Part shown: positions 40,211-50,751 of the stretch, one piece after another
Layout of the letters: each line of letters starts with the position of its first letter
Position numbering within the stretch: the stretch's first letter is position 1
DNA from: Myxococcota bacterium
GTDB taxonomy: Bacteria > Myxococcota_A > UBA9042 > PHBI01 > JAWLBL01
DNA: 64,000 nucleotides
Reading direction: 5' to 3'
Assembly: GCA_041687695.1 (NCBI GenBank)
Contig: JAWLBL010000001.1
Coordinates: forward strand, 113,710 to 177,709
Made by a program: the position numbers and the translations under genes
Notes under the pieces: generated by a model
Seen by the model: the letters and a program-made list of their open reading frames with translations, nothing else
Told to the model about the DNA's origin: nothing
Database searches by the model: none

Positions 40211-40798
40211 CTATTGCGGCTCGCAGGTGGTCACCGGGCAGGCGGCGTCGGCGACGCCGTTGAGCCTGACCAGCGCGGCGGTCTCGTCCGCGCCGCCGTT
40301 GATGACGAGGCTGGCGGTCAGGTCGACGTGGGTCGGCTGTGGGGTGTTCCCGAGGCAGACGAGGGGCTGCTGCTGGGCGAACTGGACGATCACGGTGGGC
40401 CGCACGCCGGTGGCCTCGGCGGGCGTCACGCTGAAGTCGCTGCCCGACAGGGCGAAGGTCCAGGCGGCCTGCTCGCCGACGAGGCCGGCGCTGGCCGAGG
40501 CGTCGAAGGTGATCTCCCAGCCGGGGGCGCCGCCGCAGGCGGTGGTGGGGCAGCCGGCGGGCGGCGGCGGCGCGAAGTTCAGCGTGCAGCCCTGGCTGGT
40601 GCCTGGTTTGGTGATGCGGGCGACGGGGGTCACCGGCGCGTCCCCCGCGGCGTCCGCTTGGGGCGCGTCGCCCAGGGCGTCCGCCGTAGCCGCGTCGCCG
40701 ATCGGCAGCGGATCGGTGTCGAACATCAGGCTGCAGCCGGCCAGCGTCGCCGCGAGGGCCAACAGCCCCAGCCGCCGGGCACCACGCGCGCTCACCAT
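40211..40798 (-). CDS. Putative lipoprotein
   Basis: LAGC lipobox; PKD-like FDASAS segment; follows the kinase and TPR genes. Confidence 0.6.
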   Translation of the reverse strand: MVSARGARRLGLLALAATLAGCSLMFDTDPLPIGDAATADALGDAPQADAAGDAPVTPVARITKPGTSQGCTLNFAPPPPAGCPTTACGGAPGWEITFDASASAGLVGEQAAWTFALSGSDFSVTPAEATGVRPTVIVQFAQQQPLVCLGNTPQPTHVDLTASLVINGGADETAALVRLNGVADAACPVTTCEPQ

Positions 40799-41724
40799 CG
40801 CCACCCCACACCCGTCGGTCCGACCGTCAGACCGGACGTCGGCTCGCCGGCCTCGGACGGGCCCTGCCACAGCAGCCAGCCGGCCACGGCCCCGGCCACC
40901 CCGACCGCCAGCGCGACGTCGGCCACCAGGCTGGCGGCGGCCACCTCCTCTCGCAGCGCCGCGTGGCGCCGCGCGTCGTCGGCCGTCGGCGCGTCGAGCC
41001 GCTCGATCTCGCGCAGATCCCGATGGTCGCCATAGGCCATCGCCCCGAACACGCCCGCGGTCGCCAAAGCGAGCCCCGCCCCGCCCCAGGCCACCCAGGA
41101 CGCCGTGTTGCTGGGGGCCACCGGAGCCTCGACGCCCGCGACCGGACCCAGGGTCGCCGTGGCCAGCTCGCCGGCCGCCTCCCAGCGCTCGCGCGGCCCC
41201 AGCGTGCGCGCCAGCCGCGTCGTCGCCGACCCCAGGCGCAGCGACACCGTGGTCGCCCCCGGGTCCACCCGCACCTCGCAGGGCGTCGTGCAGCGGGCCT
41301 CGCCCGACGGCGCGTTGACCACGGCGGCGGCCCCCGGCGGCGTCGAGGTCACCACGACCGTCGCCTGATCGGCCTCGCGGCTGACCTGCGCCGCGTCACG
41401 GCGTCGCCGCACGTCCGAGGCGGCCGCCGAGTCGGGCGCCTCGGCCAGGAAGCGGTCGTAGTACTCGATGGCCAGCGCCCAGCGTCCCTGCTGCTCGTAG
41501 GCCACCCCCACGTTGAACAGGTAGACCGGGTCGGGGAACAGGTCGTAGGCGGCCTTGAAGCGGTCGGCGGCGGCGTCGTAGCGCCCGGCGGCGAACTGAC
41601 GCTCGCCGGCCTCGAACTCGCGCACGGCGGCCGCCTGGCGGGCGCGCGGGTCCGGCTGGGCCCGGGCTGCGGGCGCGACGGCGAGCAGGGACGCGGCCAG
41701 GAGCGTGGCGACGCGCCGCCTCAA
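40792..41724 (-). CDS. TPR + PEGA-domain protein
   Basis: Signal peptide, TPR (AADRFKAAY..YLFNVGVAYE), PEGA-like (VTSTPPGA), C-terminal TM segments; TTGA overlap with the kinase stop. Confidence 0.8.
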   Translation of the reverse strand: MRRRVATLLAASLLAVAPAARAQPDPRARQAAAVREFEAGERQFAAGRYDAAADRFKAAYDLFPDPVYLFNVGVAYEQQGRWALAIEYYDRFLAEAPDSAAASDVRRRRDAAQVSREADQATVVVTSTPPGAAAVVNAPSGEARCTTPCEVRVDPGATTVSLRLGSATTRLARTLGPRERWEAAGELATATLGPVAGVEAPVAPSNTASWVAWGGAGLALATAGVFGAMAYGDHRDLREIERLDAPTADDARRHAALREEVAAASLVADVALAVGVAGAVAGWLLWQGPSEAGEPTSGLTVGPTGVGWRW

Positions 41725-43442
41725 GGGCCGCCCTCCCCTTCGGGCAGCGCCGGGCGCATCAGCAGCCCGGTCGGATCCTTGGGCGCCGGGGTCGCGGCGG
41801 CGGCGGGCGCGGCGCGGACGGCCCTGGGGCGCGGCGCAGGTGCGGGCGCCACGCGCGCGGGGGCCGAGGGCGGCTCGGGCTTTGCGTCCTCGAGCGCCAG
41901 CGTCACCTCGGCCGTCTCGGACCGCGCAGCCGACAGCCGGACGACCTGCTCGCGGTGCCCGACGTAGCGCAGGGTGTAGGCGACCTCGCCCTCGCCCGCG
42001 GTCAGGGCCCGTTGGAAGGGCGCGGTGCCCAGCACCTGCCCGTCCAGGACGATCTCGGCGCCGCGCGGGCGCACGTCGAACCGGTGCAGGACGGGCGTCG
42101 CCTCGGGCGCGTCGGCGGTCTGGGGCGGAGGCAGGCTCGGCCGCGGCTCGGCGCGAACCAGCTCGGGCTGCACCGCCTCGGGGGCCGGCGTCGTCGGGCG
42201 GGGGTCGCGCTCGGCCACCGCCGAGGGCGCCTCCAGCGGCGGCCCGGACGGCGGCGACTTCGGCCAGACGGCGACGCCCACCGCCGCGCCCACCGCGACG
42301 ATGGCCGCGGCCAGCGCGACCACGCGGCCACGCGGCGTCGAGACCGTCGAGCGCGCGTGCGGCAGGGCCTGGGCCGTGGCGGCGTGCTCCTGGGTGGCGG
42401 CCGGGACGGGCGGGTCGGTGGGCCCCCGACTCGCCGGCCGCGCCGGCTCGGGCGCGGCGAGGGCCGAGGCGGCGGCGGCCTCGAGGGCGTCGGCCAGGGC
42501 GTCCGCGTCCGGGAAGCGCAGCGCCGGGGACTTCTGGAGGCAGCGCAGGACGATCGCGTCGAACCAGGCCGGGCACGAGGGCGCGACCTCGGACGGCGCG
42601 CGGGGCGGCCGCGTGACCTGGGCCGTCAGGATGTCGAGCGGGCTGGCGCCGCCGAAGGCGACCTCTCCGGTGACCAGTTCGAACAGCAGGCAGCCCAGCG
42701 CGTAGAGGTCGGCCCGTCCGTCGACCGCGCCGCCCCGCGCCTGCTCGGGCGCCATGTAGTGGGGCGTGCCGATGGTGCGGCCGGTGCGGGTCAGCCGGTC
42801 CTGCTGCCCCTCGGCGGCGCCGTCGGGCCCGGCGATGGCGCCGGCGATGCCGAAATCCAGCACCTTGATCGCCGGGTCGGCCCCCGTCGGCGCGGGCAGC
42901 ACCCAGACGTTCTCGGGCTTCAGATCCCGGTGCACGAAGCCGGCCCGGTGGACAGCGCCCAACGCCCGCGCCACCTGCGCGCCGACGCGCGCGGCCGCCG
43001 TCGCCGACAGCGGCCCGGTCGCCTCCATCCAGGCCAGGAGATCCTGCCCCTCGAGGTGCTCCATCACCAGGTAGTGCAGCCCGTCGCGCGTCACGCCGAA
43101 GTCGGTCGGCTCGACCACGCCGGGGTGCCGCACGGCCGCGGCGGTGCTGGCCTCGCGCAGAAAGCGCGCCCGCGTCTCGCGCACCAGCAGCAGCTCGGGG
43201 TGCAGCAGCTTGATCGCCACCGCGCGCCCCAAGAACAGGTGACGCGCCCGCACCACCAGCCCCATCCCGCCCTCGCCGAGCAGCCCCTCGACCAGGTAGC
43301 GCCCGTCGAGCACGTGCCCGGCCAGGGCGCCCGGGTCGGCCGCGTACTCGCGCAGCGCGGGCCGCAGGACCTCACCGTCCGTCGGGCAGGCCACGAGGTC
43401 GGGGCCGTCGAACTCTTGGTGGCAGCGCAGGCAGACCTTCAT
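41721..43442 (-). CDS. Membrane Ser/Thr protein kinase with PEGA domain
   Basis: GEGGMG, VAIK, HRDLKPEN, DFG, GTPHYMAPEQ; TM helix; PEGA-like C-terminus. Confidence 0.95.
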   Translation of the reverse strand: MKVCLRCHQEFDGPDLVACPTDGEVLRPALREYAADPGALAGHVLDGRYLVEGLLGEGGMGLVVRARHLFLGRAVAIKLLHPELLLVRETRARFLREASTAAAVRHPGVVEPTDFGVTRDGLHYLVMEHLEGQDLLAWMEATGPLSATAAARVGAQVARALGAVHRAGFVHRDLKPENVWVLPAPTGADPAIKVLDFGIAGAIAGPDGAAEGQQDRLTRTGRTIGTPHYMAPEQARGGAVDGRADLYALGCLLFELVTGEVAFGGASPLDILTAQVTRPPRAPSEVAPSCPAWFDAIVLRCLQKSPALRFPDADALADALEAAAASALAAPEPARPASRGPTDPPVPAATQEHAATAQALPHARSTVSTPRGRVVALAAAIVAVGAAVGVAVWPKSPPSGPPLEAPSAVAERDPRPTTPAPEAVQPELVRAEPRPSLPPPQTADAPEATPVLHRFDVRPRGAEIVLDGQVLGTAPFQRALTAGEGEVAYTLRYVGHREQVVRLSAARSETAEVTLALEDAKPEPPSAPARVAPAPAPRPRAVRAAPAAAATPAPKDPTGLLMRPALPEGEGGP

Positions 43443-43558
43443 CCGATGGCGGAGCCTACCATCCGTCCGCCTTCGGGGGAACGACCGGCCTGCCACCTGA
43501 CCGGCGTCCGGAACGGCCGGTTGCCCCCGTCGCCCCGCCCCGCATAGACTCGCCGACC

Positions 43559-44701
43559 GTGAGCGCCGACACACCGACCCGTGGCCCCACCGAGCGCACG
43601 CTGCTCGCCCTCGGCGAGGCGTCGGGCGGCGTCGCCCACGACTTCAACAACGCGCTGACCGCCATCCTGCTGCGCGCGACCCTCATCAAGGCGACCAGCA
43701 GCGATCCCAGGGCCGTGCGCCACGCCGAGGCCATCGTCGAAGCCGCCCGCGGCGCCGGCGAGGTCGTCGAGCGGCTGCGGACGCTGCTCCGCCCCGACAC
43801 GCGCGCCGACTTCGTGCAGGTCGACCTCGAGGCCGTCGCCCGCCAGGCCGCCGAGCTGGCCGGCCCGCGCGCCCGCCGGCAGGACGTGCGCCTGCGCGTC
43901 CACGCGAGCCCCGTGGCCCCGGTCGCCGGCCGCCCCGCCGAGCTGCTCCAGCTGGCCGCCAACCTGCTCAACAACGCCATCGACGCGACCCCCGCGGGCG
44001 GCGCCGTCACCCTGACCGTGCGCGGCGACGGCCCGACGGCGCGCCTCGAGGTCGCCGACGAGGGCCCGGGCCTGCCTCCCGAGGTCGCCGCCCGCCTCTT
44101 CGAGCCCTTCGTCAGCACCAAGGGCGGCGCCGGCACCGGCCTGGGCCTGGTGCTGTGCCGCCGCATCGCCGAGCGCCACGGCGGCACGCTGCGCCTCGAC
44201 CCGCGCGACCCGAACGGGCTGGTGGTCTGGACCGCGCTGCCCCTCGCGGACGCCGCCGTCCCCGCCCCGCGGCGGCCCACCAGCCTCGAGCTGGCCGCCG
44301 TGACCCAGACGACCCGCGTCCTGCTGGTCGACGACGATCTCGCCACGCGCGAGGCCCTGGTCGTCCTGCTCGGCGCGGCCGGCCTCGACGTCACGCCGGT
44401 CGACTCGGTGGCGCGCGCGCTGGCCCACCTGTCCGAGGCGCGGGTCGACGTCCTGGTCACCGACCTGTCCCTGGGCGCCGGCGGCCGCGGCGTCGATCTC
44501 GTCCGCGCGGCCCGCGCCGCCGACCCGATGCTGCCGGTCGTCGTCGTCAGCGGCGAGCTCGGGGCCGACGACCCGCGCGCCGCCCCGGCCGGCGCCGACG
44601 TGGTGCTGCGCAAGCCGGTCGAGCCCGGTACGCTGGTGGCCCGCGTCCGCGAGCTGGCCCAGCGCCGCCGCGACGTCGAGGCCACCCTGGCGATCCCATG
44701 A
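43559..44701 (+). CDS. Cytoplasmic hybrid histidine kinase (HisKA-HATPase-REC, no sensor domain)
   Basis: GVAHDFNNAL, NAIDA, GTGLGL, VLLVDDD...VTDL...KP. Confidence 0.88.
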   Translation: MSADTPTRGPTERTLLALGEASGGVAHDFNNALTAILLRATLIKATSSDPRAVRHAEAIVEAARGAGEVVERLRTLLRPDTRADFVQVDLEAVARQAAELAGPRARRQDVRLRVHASPVAPVAGRPAELLQLAANLLNNAIDATPAGGAVTLTVRGDGPTARLEVADEGPGLPPEVAARLFEPFVSTKGGAGTGLGLVLCRRIAERHGGTLRLDPRDPNGLVVWTALPLADAAVPAPRRPTSLELAAVTQTTRVLLVDDDLATREALVVLLGAAGLDVTPVDSVARALAHLSEARVDVLVTDLSLGAGGRGVDLVRAARAADPMLPVVVVSGELGADDPRAAPAGADVVLRKPVEPGTLVARVRELAQRRRDVEATLAIP

Positions 44702-44733
44702 CGCCGGTCCCGCCCCGCAGGGAGACGCCGCCC

Positions 44734-44958
44734 ATGATCGACCCCGAGCCGCTGGCCCCGCACCTGCACACGCTGCGCCGCGCGCTCAACGGCGTCGTCC
44801 TGCAGGTCGAGGTGGCCCGCCTGGCCGCGCCAGACGCCAGCGACATGCTTGCGCAGGCCCTGGACCGCATCCGGGACGAGGCCCGCCGCGCGACCGGCGA
44901 GGTGGAGGCGCTCGAGCGGGCCCTGCGCGGGGCCGCCCCCGGCGAGGAGGCCCCGTGA
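44734..44958 (+). CDS. Small protein resembling a stand-alone HisKA/DHp helical hairpin
   Basis: LHTLRRALNGVVLQVEV...ALDRIRDEARR; GGAG RBS; GTGA overlap with the next gene. Confidence 0.5.
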   Translation: MIDPEPLAPHLHTLRRALNGVVLQVEVARLAAPDASDMLAQALDRIRDEARRATGEVEALERALRGAAPGEEAP

Positions 44959-46421
44959 CCTCCTCGAGCGTGAACCGCCAGGTGCTGATCGTCGAGGACG
45001 ACGCCGCCACCCGCGACGCCCTGGCGCTGCTCGTCGGGCGCCGGGGTCACCGCGTCTTCACGGCCGACACCCTGGCCCAGGCGCGCGCGACGCTCGAGCA
45101 GCACCCCGACCTCGACTTCGTGCTGACGGACCTGGGGCTCCCCGACGGCGACGGGCTCTCGCTGCTGGCCCCCGAGGCGGGGCTGACCGCGCGCCACGCC
45201 TTCGTCGTCCTCACGGGCGAGCGCCGCATCGAGCGCGCCGTCGAGGCCATGCGCCTGGGCGCCATCGACTTCCTGAACAAGCCCGTCGAGCCCGACACGC
45301 TGGCGCTGACCCTGACCCGTGTCGAGCGCCACCTGGACGACCAGGACGCCCAGCGCGAGCTGCGCCGCGAGCTGGCGCGCCACGGCGCGTTCGAAGGCCT
45401 GGTCGGTCGCACCGACGCCATGCAGGCGGTCTATGCCCTGGTCGAGCGGGTCGCGCGCAGCCGCCTGCCGGTCTTCGTGCTCGGCGAGAGCGGCACCGGC
45501 AAGGAGCTGCTCGCCCGCGCGATCCATCGGGTCAGCCAGCGGCGCGCCCGCCCCTTCGTGGCCATCAACTGCGGCGCCATCCCCGACGCCCTGGTCGAGA
45601 GCGAGCTGTTCGGCCACGAGCGCGGCGCCTTCACCGGCGCGACCACCCGCCGCGCGGGCGTGTTCGAGCAGGCCGACCAGGGCACGCTCTTCCTCGACGA
45701 GCTGCCCGAGATGCCGCCCGAGCACCAGGTGTCGCTGCTGCGCGTGCTGGAAGAGGGCCGCGTCCGCCCGGTCGGCAGCGCCCGCGAGCTGCCGGTCGAC
45801 GTCCGCGTCGTGTCGGCGACCAACCGCGACCCGGAGCAGGCGGTCCGCGAGGGACGCCTGCGCGAGGACCTGTTCTTCCGCCTGCACGTCTTCCCCATCA
45901 CGCTGCCCCCGCTGCGCGATCGCAAGGACGACATCCCGCTGCTGGCCGCCCACTTCGTCCGCCAAGTCGCCCAGTCCGAGGGCGGCCCCGAGCTGCCCCT
46001 GACCGACGCGGCCATGGACGCCCTGCGCGCCCACACCTGGCCGGGCAACCTGCGCGAGCTGCGCAACGTCATCGCCCGCGCCTGGCTGCTGGCGCCCCAC
46101 GACACGGGCGGGTCCATCGATCGGCCGCACCTGCCGCCCGCCATCGCCCAGCTGGCCTCGCCCGGCGCCGCGCGCGTCGCCCCGGCCGCCGCACCCGCGC
46201 CGGCCGCCGCCACCGCCGTCGCCCCGGACACCGACGACGCGATCCGCGTCCCCATCGGCACCACCCTCGCCGACGCCGAGCGGGCCCTGGTCGAGGCCAC
46301 CCTCGCCCGCTTCCATGGCCACCGCGAGCGGACCGCGCAGGCCCTCGGGATCACCCCCAAGACCCTGTACAACAAGTGCCGCGCCTGGGGCCTGCAGCCC
46401 CCCCGCAACGTCCGCTCTTGA
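44955..46421 (+). CDS. Sigma-54-dependent NtrC-family response regulator
   Basis: Receiver, GESGTGKE, GAFTGA, WPGNLREL, Fis-type HTH. Confidence 0.95.
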   Translation: MTSSSVNRQVLIVEDDAATRDALALLVGRRGHRVFTADTLAQARATLEQHPDLDFVLTDLGLPDGDGLSLLAPEAGLTARHAFVVLTGERRIERAVEAMRLGAIDFLNKPVEPDTLALTLTRVERHLDDQDAQRELRRELARHGAFEGLVGRTDAMQAVYALVERVARSRLPVFVLGESGTGKELLARAIHRVSQRRARPFVAINCGAIPDALVESELFGHERGAFTGATTRRAGVFEQADQGTLFLDELPEMPPEHQVSLLRVLEEGRVRPVGSARELPVDVRVVSATNRDPEQAVREGRLREDLFFRLHVFPITLPPLRDRKDDIPLLAAHFVRQVAQSEGGPELPLTDAAMDALRAHTWPGNLRELRNVIARAWLLAPHDTGGSIDRPHLPPAIAQLASPGAARVAPAAAPAPAAATAVAPDTDDAIRVPIGTTLADAERALVEATLARFHGHRERTAQALGITPKTLYNKCRAWGLQPPRNVRS

Positions 46422-46638
46422 GGCGCCCCGATCGCCTCGGTGGCGCCCCGCGCCGTTTCCGACCCCAACGTGGATCGGCCCCGATCCGCGCGCGAGACTG
46501 CACCCAGGTCCCGGAAGCGGTAACCGCTCCCCCGGTTCCTCCCATCATGATCCTTGGGTCCCTCTGCCGGTGCATCCGTGCGCCGGTTCCCCTACCGACT
46601 TCCGGGACCTCTTTCCCCCTCCGCCGCGGCGACCCACC

Positions 46639-48528
46639 TCACCAGTAGGTGACGCCCGGCACGTGCGACGCGCCCTCGAGGACGGCCCCCCCGTGCGGGA
46701 CCCGGACCTCGACCGTGACGTCGTGGGGGAACGCCGGGTCGGACGACACGAAGGTGCAGTGAAAGCTTTTCGCCAGCGCCTCGGCGAAGAGCGCCTTCTG
46801 GATCTGCTGGTCGAGGAACGCCTCGAGCTGCACGGCCGTCCCGCCGGTCGCGCAGCTCACGAGGCGCGCGTTCGGGTACGACCCCATCAGCATGGGCTCG
46901 GGCCAGCCAGGGCTGACGCTGTGGACGACCGCGTGGCGGTAGAGCTTGCCGATGGTCGTCAGCAGCGAGTGTTTCACGGCCGCTTCGCTGCTGCCGTCGC
47001 CGACGTCGTGGGCCGGAGCGTCGGTGATCAGCAGCATCACCTTCTGGGCCCCGGGTCGCCACTGCAGCGTGTCCATGGCGTGGACGAGGGCGTCCAGCGC
47101 GTTCTCGGGGGCCTCCCAACCGCCTGACGCGAGCAGGTTGCCCAGGTATTGGGTCACCTTGGTCAGATCGGCGGTGAGCGCCAGCGGCTGGAAGTGTTCG
47201 GCCGGCGCGTGATCCGTGAAGGGCACCACCGCGAACTGCACGTTCAGCCCCGCGCCCGACAGGAAGGTCGCCAGCTGCTGCGTGGAGTCTCGGACGTGGT
47301 CGATCTCGTCCTGCATGCTGCCGGTGACGTCGACCACGAAGACGATGTCGGCGGTGGCGTGGGTGCTGTTGGGCAGCGGCACGCAGGTCGCGGGGACGTG
47401 CTGTCCGTCCTCGGTGACGCGGATCCAGCCGCCGGCCGGCTCGGGCTCGCCAGGTGACCAGGCGGCCAGCGCGTCGACGAAAGCTCCGGTCACCAGGTTC
47501 CGGACCGGCGCCACGTTGACGAAGGCCGTGTCGAGGGCGTCCTCGATGCCCACCTCGAAGGTCACGAGCAGCGTCGTCGGGTCGGCCGGCGGCGTCCACG
47601 GCTCGTGCCCCTGCGGCGGCAGGGGCGTGCACGCGTTCAGGCGCGCGCAGCCGGTGGAGGGCCCGCAGTCGAACTGGCAGGTCGGGGGCCCGTCGCCGTC
47701 CTGGACGCAGCGCTCGTAGGCTCCGCAGGGCTTGGGCAGCCACGTCACGCCGTCGGCGGCGCACTCGGCCCAGGCGTTCGAGGCGCCGCACCGCGCCTCG
47801 CCGGGCGAGCAAGCACCCGGCAAGCACCCCAGGCCCGGGACGCACTGGCCGTCGGCGCCGCAAGCGCCGGGCAGGATCAGCGCGTCCGTGGCCGGGTTGG
47901 GGCATACCAGCTCCAACGGCCCGTCGAGGCACGAGGCGCACTCGCTGGCCTGGCAGCCGGGCGCGGTCGCCAGGACCGACAGGCCGTCCTTGCCGCAGGT
48001 CCCGACGCCGCCGCTCTCGGCGCAGGCCGTATGGCCCGGCGTACAGATCCAGGGGACGCACCCCTTGCCCGTGACGCAGGTCGTGTCGGGCGGGCAGGCC
48101 TCCATCGCGCCGCCCGGCACCAGCCCGGTCCCCGCGGCGTTGCACTCGCCCCGCTCGCCGCCGACGCACACGGCTGCGCCCGGCGCGCAGACGACGAGCT
48201 TGCACAGGACCGTCTCGGGATCGCAGCGCTTGAGTCCGTCGCAGAAGCCGATGGAGGTCCAGCCCTGGCCGTTCGCCTTGCAGCGCGCGCGCTCCTTGGG
48301 CGAGGCGCAGAAGACCTCGTCCGGGGTGCACACCTGGCCGTCGGCGCCCGCGTCGGTGGGGCCCACCTCGAGCAGGACCAGACCGTCGGCCTTGGTGTCC
48401 GGCGACGCGTCATCGGCCCCGCCGACCGTGCCCGAGCACCCGGCCGTGCCCCCGACCCATCCCCCGAGCAATCCGACGCTGAGCCCCAAGATGCCGATTA
48501 TCGCATGCGTTTTTCGGCCACGAAGCAT
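46639..48528 (-). CDS. Cys-rich exported vWA-domain protein
   Basis: Signal/lipobox (TAGC), Cys-rich repeats, MIDAS DIVFVVDVTGSM, LITDA. Confidence 0.8.
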   Translation of the reverse strand: MLRGRKTHAIIGILGLSVGLLGGWVGGTAGCSGTVGGADDASPDTKADGLVLLEVGPTDAGADGQVCTPDEVFCASPKERARCKANGQGWTSIGFCDGLKRCDPETVLCKLVVCAPGAAVCVGGERGECNAAGTGLVPGGAMEACPPDTTCVTGKGCVPWICTPGHTACAESGGVGTCGKDGLSVLATAPGCQASECASCLDGPLELVCPNPATDALILPGACGADGQCVPGLGCLPGACSPGEARCGASNAWAECAADGVTWLPKPCGAYERCVQDGDGPPTCQFDCGPSTGCARLNACTPLPPQGHEPWTPPADPTTLLVTFEVGIEDALDTAFVNVAPVRNLVTGAFVDALAAWSPGEPEPAGGWIRVTEDGQHVPATCVPLPNSTHATADIVFVVDVTGSMQDEIDHVRDSTQQLATFLSGAGLNVQFAVVPFTDHAPAEHFQPLALTADLTKVTQYLGNLLASGGWEAPENALDALVHAMDTLQWRPGAQKVMLLITDAPAHDVGDGSSEAAVKHSLLTTIGKLYRHAVVHSVSPGWPEPMLMGSYPNARLVSCATGGTAVQLEAFLDQQIQKALFAEALAKSFHCTFVSSDPAFPHDVTVEVRVPHGGAVLEGASHVPGVTYW

Positions 48529-48856
48529 TCGGTCCTCGGCGCGCGGAAATGGTGTCCCCGGTGGTCGGGTTCGGATCTACGGTAGCCGAAGCGCTCATAT
48601 CAAGCCGGTCCCCGCCAGCCCCGCGCTGCGTGCCGGTCGCGTAGAGCCCGACGGCGCCCTCGAAGAGCCCAGCTTCCCTGAACCGACCCGCCGGCTCGGA
48701 GCCGCCGGTCCGTCGCGCAGGAGCCGCCCGTGGCGGTGCGCGCGATCTGCAACGGGGTGCGCGACAGCATGGTGCGCGCCTCGTCGCGGGCGCCCCTGCG
48801 CGGCGGACCCGCGGCCCCGATCCTCGGGTGCCCGCGGGCCCGCCGCGCGGTCGATC

Positions 48857-49420
48857 TCAGATCACGTCGATGTCGACGTCGAACACGATGACGACCTCGA
48901 CCCGGGTCTGCTGCGCGGGCAGCTGCGAGTCGGTGATCTCGGCGGTGACCGTGCCGCGCTGGTTGACCAGATAGGCCTTGAGATCGGCGTTGGTCGTCTG
49001 GAAGTCCACCGAGGTCTCGCCCGGCGGGAACTCCTCCTGGCGCGCGACCTCGATGCGCGGCAGCCCCTCGGCCTCGAGGAAGAAGACGACCGCGCCGAAG
49101 AACGACAGGTCCTGGCCCTCGGGCTCGAGGACGCGGAAGGTCACCCGCTCGAGGACGACGCTGTCGACGTCGTCGGGGTCGTAGCCCTCGGTCTGGAAGG
49201 TGCCCGACTGGGTGATGTCGAAGCTGGTGGCCTCGGCGAGCTGGGGGAACTGCTCGAAGAGGTCGCCGAGCACGCTGCGGCCGTCGACGACGACCTCTTC
49301 GGTGATGCGGACGTCGAAGTTGTCGAGGCGGCGCACCTCGTCGCAGCTGCTGGTCGAGGCGAGGGCGGCGAGGAGGACGAGGGCGACGGTGAGGGGCGCC
49401 TTTGGGCCGAGGCGAAGCAT
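48857..49420 (-). CDS. Putative lipoprotein, hypothetical
   Basis: GGAGG RBS; signal peptide ending in TSSC; beta-rich mature part. Confidence 0.65.
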   Translation of the reverse strand: MLRLGPKAPLTVALVLLAALASTSSCDEVRRLDNFDVRITEEVVVDGRSVLGDLFEQFPQLAEATSFDITQSGTFQTEGYDPDDVDSVVLERVTFRVLEPEGQDLSFFGAVVFFLEAEGLPRIEVARQEEFPPGETSVDFQTTNADLKAYLVNQRGTVTAEITDSQLPAQQTRVEVVIVFDVDIDVI

Positions 49421-49636
49421 GGAGGACCTCCGGGGGGAGACGAGACGGCGTGGAGGGGATTGGGGGCATGGTACCGCGGCCCCCGCGAGCGCGAAGCAAC
49501 GAGGCGCGCGGCGGCGCGTGGCCTTGCGAGACGCACCCTTGCAGCGCGGGGGAAAGCGGGTTAGGAGCCTGCAACGAGCTGAAGAACACCGCGGGCCGCC
49601 CACGGCGGGCGGGCCGCCGACGAGGGAGTGCCGTCC

Positions 49637-50692
49637 ATGGCTGAGCAGGCCCGCGCCTACGTCTGCGACTCCGACGCGACCGACGAGCTCGGCCGCGACC
49701 GGCTGCGCGACTTCCTGCAGCAGATGCTCCTCATCCGCCGCTTCGAGGAGCGCGCCGCCCGCGAGTACGCGGCGGGTCGCATCAGCGGCTTCTGTCACCT
49801 GTACATCGGCCAGGAGGGCGTCGCCGTGGGCGCCCTGGGCGCGACCGAGGCGCGCGACCACGTCATCACGGCCTACCGCGACCACGGCCACGCCCTGATT
49901 CGCGGCTGCACGCCCCGCGGGGTGATGGCCGAGCTGATGGGCAAGGCGACCGGCTCGTCGCGCGGGCGCGGCGGGTCGATGCACCTGTTCGCGGCCGAGG
50001 CGGGCTTCCACGGCGGCCACGGCATCGTCGGGGCGCACATCCCGATCGCGGCGGGCTTCGGCTTCGCCAGCAAGTACCGCAAGAGCGGCGACGTGACGCT
50101 GTGCTTCTTCGGCGAGGGCGCCATCAACCAGGGCGCCTTCTACGAGTCGCTGAACCTGGCCAGCCTGTGGGGCCTGCCGGTCGTGTTCATCTGCGAGAAC
50201 AACTACTACGCGATGGGCACACCCCTGCAGCGCGCCAGCGCCATCAGCGATCTGTTCACCAAGGCCGACGCGTTCGGCATGCGCGGCGACGTGGTCAACG
50301 GCATGGACGTCGCGGCGATGTGGCGCACGACCGGCGAGGCGGTGCAGCGCGCGCGCGCCGAGATGCGGCCGACCCTCATCGAGGCGCGGTGTTATCGCTT
50401 CCGCGGGCACTCGATGAGCGACCCGGCCAAGTACCGCACCAAGGAAGAGGTCGACGAGCGGCGGGCGAGCGACCCCATCCAGCTGGCGACCAACACGCTG
50501 ACCGAGCGCGACTGGGCCACCCAGGACGAGATCGACGCCTGGGACGAGGACGCCAAGGCCAAGGCGGCCGACTCGAGCGAGTTCGCGCAGGAGTCGCCGG
50601 AGCCGTCGCTCGACGACGTCGGCAACTACGTCTACGCGGACCCGATGCAGTGGCGCCCCGACGAGGCGACCTTCCCGCACCGGCGCGACTGA
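49637..50692 (+). CDS. pdhA: Pyruvate dehydrogenase E1 alpha
   Basis: GFCHLYIGQE, GGSMH, TPP-binding GEGA..QG, YRFRGHSMSDP. Confidence 0.95.
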   Translation: MAEQARAYVCDSDATDELGRDRLRDFLQQMLLIRRFEERAAREYAAGRISGFCHLYIGQEGVAVGALGATEARDHVITAYRDHGHALIRGCTPRGVMAELMGKATGSSRGRGGSMHLFAAEAGFHGGHGIVGAHIPIAAGFGFASKYRKSGDVTLCFFGEGAINQGAFYESLNLASLWGLPVVFICENNYYAMGTPLQRASAISDLFTKADAFGMRGDVVNGMDVAAMWRTTGEAVQRARAEMRPTLIEARCYRFRGHSMSDPAKYRTKEEVDERRASDPIQLATNTLTERDWATQDEIDAWDEDAKAKAADSSEFAQESPEPSLDDVGNYVYADPMQWRPDEATFPHRRD

Positions 50693-50751
50693 CCTGCTCC
50701 CCCCCCCCCCCCAACGAATGGCCGTGACGAATCCGTGAAGGAGACCCCCGC

